Origin: Octopus vulgaris
Lineage: Eukaryota
NCBI GenBank assembly: GCA_951406725.2
Contig: OX597826.1
Coordinates: 30,876,001-30,940,000, forward strand
DNA: 64,000 bases
Reading direction: 5' to 3'
A program made the position numbers and the translations under genes. Below the pieces are notes generated by a model. That model was not told the DNA's origin. It saw only the letters and a program-made list of their open reading frames with translations, and ran no database searches. This document shows positions 13,469-27,609 of this stretch, in pieces (within the stretch, counting starts at the first letter, position 1; every line of letters begins with the position of its first letter).

Positions 13469-13819
13469 ATGTATGTATGTATTGTATCGATTAGTTTGAC
13501 TGTGTAATAAAATTGGAATTATCGATTTGATTGCCTGTGTGTTTGTGTGAAAGAGTCAAAGAGTAGAGGGTGGGGGAGATATGAGTGGCAGTGGGGGGAG
13601 TGGTATATCCGTTAGAGCTATTTGATAAATCTAGCGTACCTTGCTATGAATCATCATCAAACCGAGATTGGACGAAAGAAATGTATAAATAATTCATAAC
13701 TACGTGTATGGATGACCAGGGATAGTGTGAGGAGTGGTGCAGGGGTGGGAGAAAGTGAGGTAAACAGAAGGGAAGAGGGTATGTATGCGCGCGTGTGTAT
13801 GGACTAAGGGCAATCTAGG

Positions 13820-14390
13820 AAGATAGAGAGAGAGGAGGAATGGGGAGAGGGTGTGGAGAAAGAGAGGGTGGAGAGAGAGAGGGTAGAGAGAGAGGGTGGA
13901 GAGAGAGAAGGTGGGGAGAGGGGAGAGAGAGAGGATGGAGAGAGAGAAGGGGAGAGAGAGTGGAGAGAGCAAGCGTAGAGAGAGAGGGTGGAGAGAGAGA
14001 GTGTGGAAAGAAAGAGGGTGGAGAGAGAGGATGGAAGAGGGAGAAAGATGAACAGAGAGACAGAAAGAGAGACAGAAAGAGAGAGAAAGTGACAGAGGCG
14101 GGTGTCTGAGTATGTGTGTATAAATGGGCCTTGTGTTATAGAGAAAGAAAGAGAGGTGGTAACAGGAGGAGGAAGAGATGGCGGAGAGAGGAAGGGAGAG
14201 AAGAGGAGAGGAGAGAGGAAGGGAGAAGAGCGGAGTGGAGAGAGGAGGAGAGGGAGGGGGAGAGACGGACAGACAGGCAAACAAGTGGAGGTCTGTATTA
14301 AATATAGGGTGTGTATGTGTGTGTGTGTATGCGTGTAGGAATAGGTAGTGTGTTGGGAGATAGTAACCAGAAAGACAAATAGATAGATAA

Positions 14391-14463
<73 letters not shown>

Positions 14464-14560
14464 CGGGGGTGAGATTGAGCGAGAGAGGAAGAGAGAGGTA
14501 GAGAGAAGAGGAGGAGTTAGGAGGAGAGAAAAGAGAAATGGACACAGGTCGGCAGAAAAA
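13820..14560. repeat. Long polypurine (GA/GGA-rich) low-complexity tract
   Basis: Predominantly G/A on the + strand over about 700 bp. Confidence 0.85.
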
Positions 14561-14855
14561 GAGAGAAATGAGCGTGTGTGTTTTAGATATAGTATTTGAC
14601 GTGTGTGGTGCCTAATTTCCAGCGGGCCAATCACTGGTATATTTCAGATTTGGAAATGGTGACAGTGATAAGGAATGCGGGCTGAAAAAATATCACATGA
14701 GACCCCCATCAGAAAATACCTTTTTAATCGTGCAACGGAATTCAGGACATGAGAAACAAACTTAAACCTCACCACGGATTTACGTCCGATGCTCCACTGA
14801 ATCTTACTAATTTTCTTATTCAGGACATGCTAATAATGACGATGCTAATAATGAC

Positions 14856-15025
<170 letters not shown>

Positions 15026-15101
15026 GTGGTGGAGGTGGTGGTGGTGGTGGTGGTGGTGGTGGTGGTGGTGGTGATGGTGATGATGATGATGATGATGATG
15101 T

Positions 15102-15653
15102 CCTGGTGCAGTACCAGGCAATGACGCTCATGGCTTCTGATCTCAACTGATTGGAAGTGTTATCATGTACATGCTTTGTCTTGGTATAAAAGATGAGCTA
15201 CAGCAAATATTCTGTTCAACACTACATATTTACTTGTCAGTGGTTTGACCTTAACCAGTTGAGCATGTCCCTTAGTGGCTGACGATATGTGCATCACTGG
15301 TCATGAGCAGAAGTAGTGAGGGGGCATCATAGCCATGTGTTGAGAGGAATTCTTTGGGATTTGAACAATTCACCTCTGGAAACATGGGTGTTTCATTCAT
15401 CACCCTTAAGCAACCGTTATTCAGAGACATTTTGAGCGGAATGAGCTACTCGATCTGAAGGAAATTCTAACTGGGTCCCACCTGCAAGGTCATGCACTGT
15501 TTTACTTGATATAAGATCACCATGTTGCGCACATATGGTTGTGATGTATGTGCCTGGTGTACCCTTATCAGACGGGTAGTCATGCTGGGTAAATTGGACT
15601 TTGTATATGTGTATCCCAGGGTCACTTTGATGGCATGCATTACTGTCTCACTC
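15102..15653 (+). mobile_element. ~550-bp (TAA)n-associated non-coding interspersed element, copy 1
   Basis: Starts CCTGGTGCAGTACCAGG, ends TCTCACTC then (AAT)n; homologous to 21029-21580, 35284-35806, 36014-36243 and 20718-20875. Confidence 0.85.
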
Positions 15654-15679
15654 AAAATAATAATAATAATAATAGCAGC

Positions 15680-15744
<65 letters not shown>

Positions 15745-15745
<1 letters not shown>

Positions 15746-15910
15746 TTCAAATTTTTGGCACAAGGCCAGCAATTTCAGCAGAACTGGTACTTATTTTATC
15801 GACCCCGAAAAAATGAAAAAGCAAATGTTGACCTCTGTGGAATTTGAACTCAGAACGTAAAGCCGGAAGCAATACTGTTAAGCACTTTGTCCGGCATATT
15901 AACATCTCTC
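15745..15910 (-). mobile_element. SINE family A, degenerate (others about 9460-9720, 16775-16850, 35125-35260, 43085-43440, 60990-61170)
   Basis: CTGGTACTTATTTTATCGACCCCGAAA...GGAATTTGAACTCAGAACGTA is the reverse complement of the family A core. Confidence 0.75.
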
Positions 15911-15955
15911 CCAGCCCTCTCCCATAAAAACAACAGCAATAGCAACAGCAACAAC

Positions 15956-15990
<35 letters not shown>

Positions 15991-16104
15991 GAGGAGGAGG
16001 AGGAGGAGGAGGAGGAGGAGGAGGAGTTTTCATTTCTTTGCCTCGGGGGCCATCAGTGCATTTTTACAAAATATATATATTAATTTAGACAAAAAACAAA
16101 AAAA

Positions 16105-16275
16105 TACAGGGTGCAATTGGTAAATTGTCGCCATTTTATATTTTTAATTTCGCGCATAGTTTATTTTTGATTTTGTCGACAACACAGTATAGTAGGGTCA
16201 ATTGGCCACCGTCTGTGAAAAAAACATCACCATGACGAAATTCACTCTACCAGAAATTTGGGGCAAAATATATGG
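16105..16275 (+). mobile_element. Tc1/mariner-like 5' terminal fragment
   Basis: Begins TACAGGGTG (typical Tc1/mariner terminus) and runs to a short ATG-led stub before a SINE B piece. Confidence 0.4.
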
Positions 16276-16646
16276 TAAAAAAAATATGTATAAGAAACTC
16301 ATAAGAAATATATAATATTGTTTGTACGCGCGTGTGTTTGTGTCCATGTTTGTCCCCACTACCGTTTGACAACTGATGTTGGTGTGTTTACGTCCCCGTA
16401 ACTTAGCAGTTCGACAAAAGATACTGATAGAATACGTACAAGACTTAAAAAAGAAGTACTGAGGGCGATTCATTTGACTAAAAATTCAAGACAGTGCCCC
16501 AACCTGACCACAGTCTAATGACTATAAAAAGATAGCGCGTGTGTGTGTGCATGAGAGAGAGAGAGAGAGAGAGAACAATATATGTACGTCTAGATATATA
16601 ATCGATAACATAATAAATATATGCATAAACAACAAACAGACAGATT

Positions 16647-16689
<43 letters not shown>

Positions 16690-17100
16690 ATATTATCGCG
16701 ATATAGATTATTGGGTTAGTTTTGAAATGAAACTGCGTTAAAACCAATGTTATCCTATTTGGGAAAACTCATAATAATTGGCTTCAAATTTTAGCACAAG
16801 GCCTGCAATTTCGGGGTGGGGGTCAGTCGATTATATTGACCCCAGTGTCTCCTACTTACAGAACTTGTGTTCATATCGACTACTGTTATATATTTTTTAA
16901 TGTTATAGTGTTTTTTTTTAGAAAGTTCGCAAGGATATAGAAAAAGGCTTTGTGAAGTGAAAAAAAGTTGTGAAATAAAACATTTGTGCGAATGAAAATA
17001 AAAATTTTTGTAAAAATAAAATCACTCAAATTTGGTAAACCATTTTTAAGCTTTCTCAATTTTTCAAACTATTCTAATAGTTTTTTGGGTTTTTTTTCGT

Positions 17101-17184
17101 ACCTCTGATGAGAGAAATGCGACTATTTGTATCGGCTGGAAAACTCGCCCAATAGAAACGCATTCTCTGAAACGATCGTAAGGT
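17101..17184 (+). ncRNA. Minimal type-I hammerhead motif with long stem II
   Basis: ACCT-CTGATGA-GAGAAATGCG...CGCATTCTCT-GAAA-CGATCG-TA-AGGT; host sequence ends in (TA)n at about 17325. Confidence 0.65.
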
Positions 17185-17321
17185 TTTGTAATACTACTTT
17201 TCTTTGGATTGTAATACTGGAGCGCTTGAAACCTAACATCACAATAAAGTTTTTACGTATTTTCTATTCCCACCATAAAGGAACTTGACCTACGAATATC
17301 TGTCGTACACTTTGAGTTTTG

Positions 17322-17356
<35 letters not shown>

Positions 17357-17528
17357 GGTGCAGGAGTGTCTTCTACTATAGCCTCGGCCCAACCATGGCC
17401 TTGTGGGTTGATTTGGTAGAAAGAAACTGAAAGAAGCCTGTCGTATGTGCATGTGTTTGTGTTAGTGTGTCTGTGTTTGTTGACCATCATCACTTGACAA
17501 TTGAAACAAGTAAAAGTAAAAAAAGTGC

Positions 17529-17565
<37 letters not shown>

Positions 17566-17876
17566 ACCAGAGTCTAATGTATACATGTGTACATATGGAC
17601 CGGGCCCACAGTTAAAATTGATATAGGAAGAGGGTGTGGTTAAATATGAAGTGTGGTGTGTATATGAGTATATATATGTATATAAGTATGTATATATATT
17701 CATATGTGTATGTATGTATGTATGTATGTATGTATGAATGCATGTATGTCATTGTTCAGTTTTATTTCGAGATTTCTTGCCAATAGAGAAATAGCCGGTT
17801 TCTAACCTAGGTATGTCTGTCAGTATGTATGTATGTCTATGTGTATGAATGTGTGTCTGTATGTATGTATTTGTGC

Positions 17877-17950
<74 letters not shown>

Positions 17951-18683
17951 CTGCTTTGACAGGTATAACGGGGAGGGGGAAATATAAAACAGGATGTGAA
18001 TAATATGATTGGCGGGATTAGACAGAGAAGGGGAGAGAGAGAGAGGGAGAGGGGAGAGAGAGAGAAAATATCAACAAATGAATGAAGAAAACTTACAAAA
18101 AAGCATGAGAGAAAGAAGGAATGAAGAAAATAAGAAGAATGAGTAAATGAACGAAAGAAAGACAAATGAGAGAATGAAAGAAAGTCGATGAAAAGAAAAA
18201 TATTAATAAAGAGGAAAAACTAACAAACTAACAAAGATAAGAAAGAACTAAAGAAAAAATACAATAAATGGAATAAAGTAAAAATCGAAATAAAGAGGGA
18301 AGGAAAATTGAATGAAAAAGAAATAAAAGGATATGAATGAAAAGAACAGACAGAATGAATAAAAGAATGAATAGGAGGACGATAAAAAGAGAAAGAAAGT
18401 ATTCACTTCAAGAAATTGTGGATATATTTATTATGAGTTATAGGAGAAAAGGTGTCCAATATATATGTGTGGATGAGGGTATAGCTGTATATACATATAC
18501 ATTTATATGGTTGTACGTGATGTATGTGTGCATGATGTATGGGCATGTATATTTATATATGTGTATCTGTGTATACATATATATATATATATATATGCAT
18601 GTATGTATATATATATATATATATATATGTGTATGTATATATATATATATATATATGTATGTGTATATATATATGTATGTATG

Positions 18684-18718
<35 letters not shown>

Positions 18719-18720
18719 GT

Positions 18721-18771
<51 letters not shown>

Positions 18772-18895
18772 ATATATATATATATATTTACATATATATA
18801 TATATAATGGTCAATATATCGAAACATGAAAAAGCGGTTCTCGGAAATTCTACTAATAAAATGGAGTATGTGAAACGCATTGTCCACCCGCGTAT

Positions 18896-18945
<50 letters not shown>

Positions 18946-19116
18946 ATACATATATACATGTATATATTTATACGATTTTGCCTATATATATCACGCTACT
19001 TTTACTAGTCAGCCAGCTAATCATATCTACCTGTAGCTTCATTTGTCCATCAATATATATAGCTCGGGTATATATAAGCGAATATATATGTATATATGTA
19101 TGTATATGTATGTATA

Positions 19117-19159
<43 letters not shown>

Positions 19160-19421
19160 GTATGTATGTATGTATGTATGTATGTATGTATGTATGTATG
19201 TATGTATGTATGTATGTATGTGTGTATGTATGTATGTATATTGAAGAACGTGACAGAAACAGGAAACTCAAAAGACATCGCCAGCATAAAACCTCTCTTC
19301 GGAATATATGAATAAATTCGACATGTATCAGCAGTTTTTTCCTACTCGTTTGCACTTTCAAAACCATTCCACACAAACACACATACATACTTGGAGACTT
19401 ACATACCTACAATATATATAC

Positions 19422-19553
<132 letters not shown>

Positions 19554-19691
19554 GTATACATATACCCGGGCAATAGACATACGCATCAAGTGATGCATAC
19601 GTGCGTGTATCTCTCTCTCCTATCACTATCTAACTATCTATCTATCGTTCTATCTATCTGTATTTATCTATCTTCATGCACACACCTAAAT

Positions 19692-19750
<59 letters not shown>

Positions 19751-19807
19751 CACCAGTATGTATATATGTTTGTGTGTATATATATACATATATATATATA
19801 TACACAT

Positions 19808-19850
<43 letters not shown>

Positions 19851-19962
19851 TACACACGTCCATGTGCTTGTCTGTGCGTTGCCCGTCTGTTTATTCTGCC
19901 CTCCATTAAACACCACTCGTTAAGGTTTAGTGATTCATTTCGGTCAATGAGACCGTGAAAAC

Positions 19963-20378
19963 CACTTCCGGTGTAAGATGGCGGATCGAGAGACGACGAC
20001 AGTGATATTACTTTGTGTGTATGTGTGTATATGATTACGTATTATATCATTCGTGATTAGGGCTGTATGTGTGTGTTTGTGTGTCTCTTGCTATTTGCTT
20101 AAATATTTGTGCATACACATACACAAACTGAAACACATGTGTGTGTGTGTGTGTGTGTATATATGTGTGTGTATGTATGTATGTATGTATGTATGTATGT
20201 ATGTATGTATGTATGTATGTATGTATATATACATATATACACGTCACGCAAACACGCACACACACACACATACACACACATGTATATACAAACATATATT
20301 TGGGATGCGAGTATGTATGCATTATTACGTATACCTTTTTATATGGAGGTTGTTTGTGTAAGTTACTGCGCATGCGCA
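19963..20378 (+). promoter_or_regulatory. Promoter-like ETS + YY1 + NRF1 motif set
   Basis: CACTTCCGGT 19963-19972, AAGATGGCGG 19975-19984, TGCGCATGCGCA 20367-20378. Confidence 0.4.
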
Positions 20379-20508
20379 AGTGCGATTACTTTTTGTTGGT
20401 ATGTGCTTGGTGTGTGTGTGTGTGTGTGTGCTTAACTCAGCGCTTAATATTTTTGTGATACACGCACAGACAAATATTAAAATACGCATACATATTTAGA
20501 CAGACAGT

Positions 20509-20586
<78 letters not shown>

Positions 20587-20717
20587 GATAGATACATACA
20601 TACATACATACATACATACATACATACATACATACATACATACATACATACATTTACAGACAGACAGAGAGTATGGAATAAAATCTCTCGCAATGTTTCT
20701 TATGAAATAAAGCGACG

Positions 20718-20875
20718 AGCCCAGTTAGAATTTCCTTCAAGTCGAGTAGCCCATCCCACTCAAATGGTCCTTAAATAAGTGTTGTTTAATGATAATAAAC
20801 AAAACATCCATGTTTCCAGAGGTGATTTATTCAAACTCCAAAGAGTTCCTCTCAACACATGGCTATGATGTTCTC
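20718..20875 (-). mobile_element. Partial copy of the (TAA)n-associated element
   Basis: Matches the internal segment of 21029-21580. Confidence 0.8.
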
Positions 20876-20908
20876 TCTATTCTTCTTCTTCTTCTTCTTC
20901 TTCTTCTT

Positions 20909-21028
<120 letters not shown>

Positions 21029-21580
21029 GAGTGAGAGAGCAGTGCATGCCATCAAAGTGACACTGGGGTAAAATATACGAAGCCCAGTATACCCATCATG
21101 ACTACCCGTCTGATAAGGGTACACTAGCCACATGCATCACAACCATATGTGTGCGACATGGTGATCTCATATGAAGATAAACAGCTCATGACCTTGCAGG
21201 TGGGGCCCAGTTAAAATTTGCTTCAAGTCGAGTAGTCCATCCCGCTCAAAAAGTCCCTGAATAAGGGTTGTTTAAGGATAATGAACAAAACACCCATGTT
21301 TCCAGAGGTGAATTATTCAAACCCCAAAAAATTTCTCTTGACATATGGCTATGATGTTTCCCCTACTATTTGTGCTCGTGATCAGAGATGGACATATGGT
21401 CAGCCACCAAGGGACGTGGTCAACTGGTTAAAGTCAAACAACTGACAAGCAAATCTGTGACATTGAGCAGAATATTTGCTGTAGCCCATCTTTTATACCA
21501 AGACAAAACAATGTACATGATAACACTTCCAATCAGTTAAGATCAGAAGCCATGAGAGCCGCTGTCTGGTACTGCATCAG
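21029..21580 (-). mobile_element. (TAA)n-associated element, full copy 2
   Basis: Reverse complement of 15102-15653; (TTA)n arrays on both sides. Confidence 0.85.
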
Positions 21581-21587
21581 CAGGGTA

Positions 21588-21651
<64 letters not shown>

Positions 21652-21870
21652 TAGGCGGCAGCTGGCAGAATTGTTAGCACTCCGGGCGAAATGCTTAGCG
21701 GAATTTCGTCTACTGCTACGTTGCGGGTTCAAATTCCCCCGAGATTGACATTGCCTTTCATCTTTTCGGGGTCGATAAATTAAGTACCAGTTGAGTACTG
21801 AGGTCGATGTAATCGACTCATCCCCTCCCCCCAAATGGCTGCCCTTGTGACAAAACTTTAAACCATTATT
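21652..21870 (+). mobile_element. SINE family A monomer
   Basis: GGCGGCAGCTGGCAGAA head, GGGTTCAAATTCC, same core and pyrimidine-rich tail. Confidence 0.8.
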
Positions 21871-22465
21871 GTTATTTTTATGATAGTGGTAGTGGGGTTT
21901 GGGCGCTAGCTGTTATTGTTAACGCTGTTCATTGTTGCTATAGCTTAGCTTATCGTTTAATAACTCTCGCCTCACTGTCTCTTGGTTTTCAATGCACATT
22001 TCATATATTTGGATAAAATTATAAAGAAATTATTTCTACTGCATCCCTCAGAAAGCCACCAGCATTCATCCAATAAAAATAGAACCACCTGTCTAATTGT
22101 TTTTCTTCAGCTTACGAAGCAGATACTGTCTTGTTTTTGTGCAGACGTGCACCCCTGGCAGGTGTTTCAACGTTGTACTATAGTGATACGACGTGAAATA
22201 CGGTTATGGGAGCGGGTATTCATTTCTAATGTTTAGAAATTATAACCTGATGGATATCTTTAAACAAAGAACAATAAGCGCGACAGGTGGCGAGGTGCGG
22301 ATCGTCAAGCAGCGAAAATCATTGAAAGATTTTCGCTAATGCGGTGTCGGGGTTGAGAGATAGTGTTGATATTTGTGTTTATACGTGCTGCGCACGTCTG
22401 CATTCATATGCGCGTTTATATGCTGCATGTATATATAGTTATATATGTATGTGTCTGTGTGTATG

Positions 22466-22585
<120 letters not shown>

Positions 22586-22592
22586 GATACAA

Positions 22593-22626
<34 letters not shown>

Positions 22627-22904
22627 CAAAATATTATATATTACATTCCTCTATATAGGGAACTTTATGATGAAAATACAACAATAAGAACACTAAAAGA
22701 AGAATAGAAAACGTTTAAACATGATAAAACACAAAGCAACACACCCACATGAACACACACACACACACATAAATACATACATACATATAAACAAAGTGCC
22801 CTGTTACTGATGTTGAAATTCCAATGAAGGAGCCTTGGATCTAGGTTAGAAACCGGTTCTTTCTTTATTGGCAGAAATGCATCCATACTCGCATACATAT
22901 ATGC

Positions 22905-22961
<57 letters not shown>

Positions 22962-23158
22962 GAGGGAATATTATTCCTAACTTACAGGGAAAATTTCAAT
23001 TTAGAAATACTAAATTAAATTTCACAAATTAGAAAAATCACCTTTTATCAATTCAAAATGAACAATTAAATTACACCATCCAGAAAATTACATATATTAG
23101 AAATATTCAATATAAAATAACAATAATATACCGATGATTAAATAAAACGTATATATTT

Positions 23159-23208
<50 letters not shown>

Positions 23209-24420
23209 CATATATTTATACGTACGTCCGTACATACTTATTTACATATATGTACAATTATGTAGTTATATACAAAAATGTATGCATACATATTGTATAC
23301 AAATATAAATGCACGCTTACGATGTCTGTTCAAAGAGAAATAATGGTCCCTTTACAATTCAATCAAATTGCTTTTTCAAACAAGTCCCCTCGGCGGCTAC
23401 CACATCATACTCAACGTTTGTCCTAGTTTCTGCTCTCCTCCGGGATCACATTTTGCAAGGGCAGTGGACAGTTCTGTTAATGAACTGTCTCAGATCTCTT
23501 CTCTCGTCTGAACCTTTCAGAGTAGATTTCAACTTTGGAAACAGAGAGAAAAAAAACGGTTTGCAAGAACCTATCACGGAGATTAAGGCAACAAGTAGAC
23601 TTCCTTGTTTTGCCAAAAAGTGTTGCATGAGTAGGTTTTTTTGTTGCCGTCTTGTATCCAGATTTTGTGTTTCCGTGCCTCAGACTTCTGTCGCCTTACC
23701 GCTATTTACCCTTTTGATACAAGCCTACCTGAAGCCGCCCTTGCTTCTATGTTAGAAACTTTCTGTTTCAACGTGATATAAAACAATACTTTCTATCAGA
23801 GTTCTATGTTAATTTATGTTCTAAATACCATTTTAATAACGACAATTTACTAAATCCTTCATTATTTTCAAAATCAATTCAAAAAAAGTTAACGTATTTC
23901 AATAGAAATTAAGTGATTTCAGTTAAAACCTCCCATCAAAATTCCATGTTAGTTTATATTCCAAATGACAACGGTATTTTAGTAAATTCTTCAGTTTTCA
24001 GAATTAGCAAAAATGAATTCAGAAACGTGATAACAAATGAGTGAAAGTGATGTAAATTCAAACCTTCCATCAAAATTTCATAAGATTTTTTGTTCCAAAC
24101 ACCAGGTTGATAATGACAAAATTATTTGTCTAAATTCCTCAAGATTAATTGACACAAAGGCTGTTTATTTCCACAGAAATATGCTAACAAAAGTCTTAAA
24201 TGTCGCAAGAGATCCAAGTAAAATTCTGGTTTCATCGTTTGACCAGTGGAATAAACTCATGATGGACGGCATTTTTCGAATCAAAGAAAACGATCAGATT
24301 CATCTTCCTGTTTGAGCGTCTCTAGCGCATGTTTTTTTCTGTTTTGCTTTGTTTTTGTGTTTTACTTGGGTTTTTTTTGCTTTTGAAAATTTTTAATTTT
24401 ATTTATTTATTTATTTATTT

Positions 24421-24825
24421 ATTACCTCCGCCTTAGCGAAGGCGGAGGTAATGTTTTCAGTCGTGTTTGTTCATTTGTTTGTTTATTTGTCCTTGAACAA
24501 GATATTTCAAGAACGGCTGGATGGATTCGGATGAAACTTTTAGGGATGTTTGGCATCGTGACTGGCACGAACTGATTAGATTTGAGGATCGATCCAGTAC
24601 CGGACAAGGATTCTGGATTCTTTTTCCTTTTTTTTTTTTGTTTCTGTTGTTTTTTTGTTTTTTTACATATTTTTGAGAGCGGTCGAATTCATTTTTAGTA
24701 TTCTCGTTTGAGAGAGGAGTCGAGTTTATTTCAGATAATCTCATTTTAAAAATCATCTGCGGCTAATCGTTGAGAGGACGTTGGTGATACCTTGGTGGAG
24801 GTTTGCGCTCTCTGACTCCTCTTGT
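24421..24825 (+). mobile_element. Helentron-associated (HINE/DINE-1-like) non-autonomous element
   Basis: 5' hairpin ACCTCCGCCTT-agcg-AAGGCGGAGGT, (GTTT)-like tract, 3' sub-terminal GGTGGAGGT followed by a short degenerate stem; inserted in (TTTA)n. Confidence 0.65.
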
Positions 24826-26170
24826 TTATTTATTTATTTATTTATTTATTTATTTTCGTTTTTGCAGTCACAATGGAACAACCAACTCTGCAACAGCAAC
24901 CTTTTGCTTTCGACACGGGAGGCATCCACCCAAATTTCTTAACATTTTATGGCACTTTAAGAGAAAGTTTTCATCAACGTTCCAATAATCAAACGGCTTC
25001 TGATTGACCTATAATTCAGTTTTCTTTTTGTTCCGCTTTCAGAAAATGTCTAATTCTTCAGAACCTATTGCTGTTCTAATAAATGCCACCAGAAATATTA
25101 ACAAAAATGGCAATACCACCACCAACACCAACACCATTGACATCACTACTAACACTACCACCAAAACTTCTAACTCTACAACTGAAGCACCAACCACAAC
25201 AAACAACAACTGCAACAATCTTTTCATCTTTCTCTACCACCACAACCACAACGCTACGACAGAGTCGTATGTGGTCACCAGATTTTCTAGATATAACAGC
25301 CAAAACGCACCTCGCCCACTTCCTCCTTTGTCTTAAACAAATACGAAGAACACATTCGCTAATATAGTCAGAGTTAGAGTAAGACGGGATAGTAGTGGTT
25401 GGGACGTCTATGGTCATAAATTTACGTATATCTTAGAACAAGTTTTCTCTCCGACAGGTCATCACCACCAATACCACCATCATCATTTTCATCATCATTG
25501 CCACCATCATCATTTTCATCATCATTGCCATCATCATCATCATCATCATCATCATCATTTCTATCGTAAACCTCATTGCAATACCACCACCATCACCACC
25601 AATATTATCAACCTTATCACCATCTCCATCAACGTCATCACAACCGCATCACCAGCACCACCACTATTACCATCACCATCAGCATCGTCGTCATCATCAT
25701 CATCATCCTCGACATCACCACCACCACCATCATCACCATCATCACCATCATCATCATCATCGTTATCCTTATCATCATCATCATCATCATTATCGCCACC
25801 ACCACCACCACCACCACCACCACCACCAAAATACACTAACTCAACATACAGTCAGAACTATAACCACGACCACTTCCCTTGCTATTACTAATAACAGCAA
25901 ATACCGAAGCTACCACTGCGACCATCAACAAAACCAAATTCAGCACTATTAACACCGCAAAACCACACCCAAAACTACAACCACCACCACCACCACCGGC
26001 ACCAACACCATTGGAGGAATCACTACCACTACCACAATCCCCAATATTGGAGTGAGTTGAAATTAATGGTGTTTAAACACGCATTAATTTTCACTTTGAA
26101 GAATCGATAAATTTCTTGCCTAATCATTAATGTTTGTTCTGCACCACGTAATTGATACCGCTTGTGTGTT

Positions 26171-26233
<63 letters not shown>

Positions 26234-26234
26234 C

Positions 26235-26294
<60 letters not shown>

Positions 26295-26377
26295 GAGGAG
26301 AGAAAAGCGGGGTGAATGAATGATAGATACTCAGATAAAAAGATGGATAATTAAACATGAAAAGATGTGTGTATATA

Positions 26378-26483
<106 letters not shown>

Positions 26484-27114
26484 TGTGTGAAAGGGTATCT
26501 TTTTGCATAGGTACGTTTATTCACAGATATATCTTGGCATTCGCGTTAAAATCTTCAGTAGCTAGAATTTTCTAAAAAATGAAGGGGAGGTGCAAATAAT
26601 GAAATACAGTAAACAAAAGATAAAAACAAAATTAATCCAAATTTCACACGCTTTCTTTAAGCTTTGCCATAATAGTGCGAATGTAAGTATATCTATATAT
26701 CTAACCGAAACGCTCCCCACCCTTACCCTCACTACATATCACATTCTTCTTGTATAATACTTGTATAATACTTCAAATAATGTCCGTTACGCGTACAACT
26801 TCTCTAAAATAATAAACAAGAAATACCCTATGCTCCAACCCGCTTTGCACATCAACTCCTTCTTTGAAGGAATGTAAGAGAAGTAAATTAGAGTGTATAG
26901 TGCTGATGATGTCAGCTCGTTCTTTAAAGAAATTAAATCGAAAGCAAAACAGAAAAAGAAATAGCATGGTTTCTGGTAGATTGGTAAGCAAGAATATCTT
27001 CTGATGTACCAGCAGCACCTCGCCCTAACTGTTTTCTTCCTCCCCACCCAATACGAAAGTCTTGTGCAAATCATTTAGATCTTTTGGCTGCTGGAGATAT
27101 GATCGGGAAATTGC

Positions 27115-27155
27115 CGTTCTGATGACGACCATTGAGCTAGAAACACTTGCCAACG
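27115..27155 (+). ncRNA. Degenerate hammerhead motif
   Basis: CGTT-CTGATGA-cgaccattgagcta-GAAA-CACTTG-CC-AACG; stem I intact, stem II and cleavage U lost. Confidence 0.35.
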
Positions 27156-27176
27156 ACTAGCGTCTTATACCCAGGT

Positions 27177-27412
27177 GGAGGCACGTAGCTTAGTGGTTAG
27201 GATGTTGGATTTATGATCGTAAGATTGTGGTTTCGATACCTGGACCGGATGACACGTTGTGTTCTTAAGCAAGACACTTCATTTTACGTTGCTCCAGTCT
27301 ACTCAGCTGGCAAAAAGAAGTAAACCTGACCTCCCACCCGGATGGGGAATTTAGGCGCCATGAAAACCGGGAAATCGGCCCCTATGAATTGACATGACTC
27401 GAGAAGAAGGCT
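27177..27412 (+). mobile_element. tRNA-derived CORE-like SINE (family C)
   Basis: A-box TAGCTTAGTGG, B-box GTTTCGATACC, GTGTTCTTAAGCAAGACACTT core; inverted homolog at about 63455-63690. Confidence 0.7.
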
Positions 27413-27575
27413 TTACTTCTTATAATAGCCAGGCAACAAGCATGTCATTTTCTTTAATGGTGGATCAGTTTCGGAGACATTCTTGAATCATGAGATTATC
27501 TCCCCTTCTCAAATGAAGCTGGTCTTAATTACTATTTAATAATTATGATATACCATTACGTTGTCATTTTGTGAA

Positions 27576-27609
<34 letters not shown>

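Noticed and set aside
15102-15118. Resemblance of CCTGGTGCAGTACCAGG to U2 snRNA stem-loop IV
   Set aside because: Too short, and no other U2 sequence is nearby.
25043-25336. Acceptor-preceded ORF MSNSSEPIAVLINAT... with several N-glycosylation sequons
   Set aside because: Composition derives from ACC/AAC repeats; no transmembrane or domain continuation and no clear donor site.
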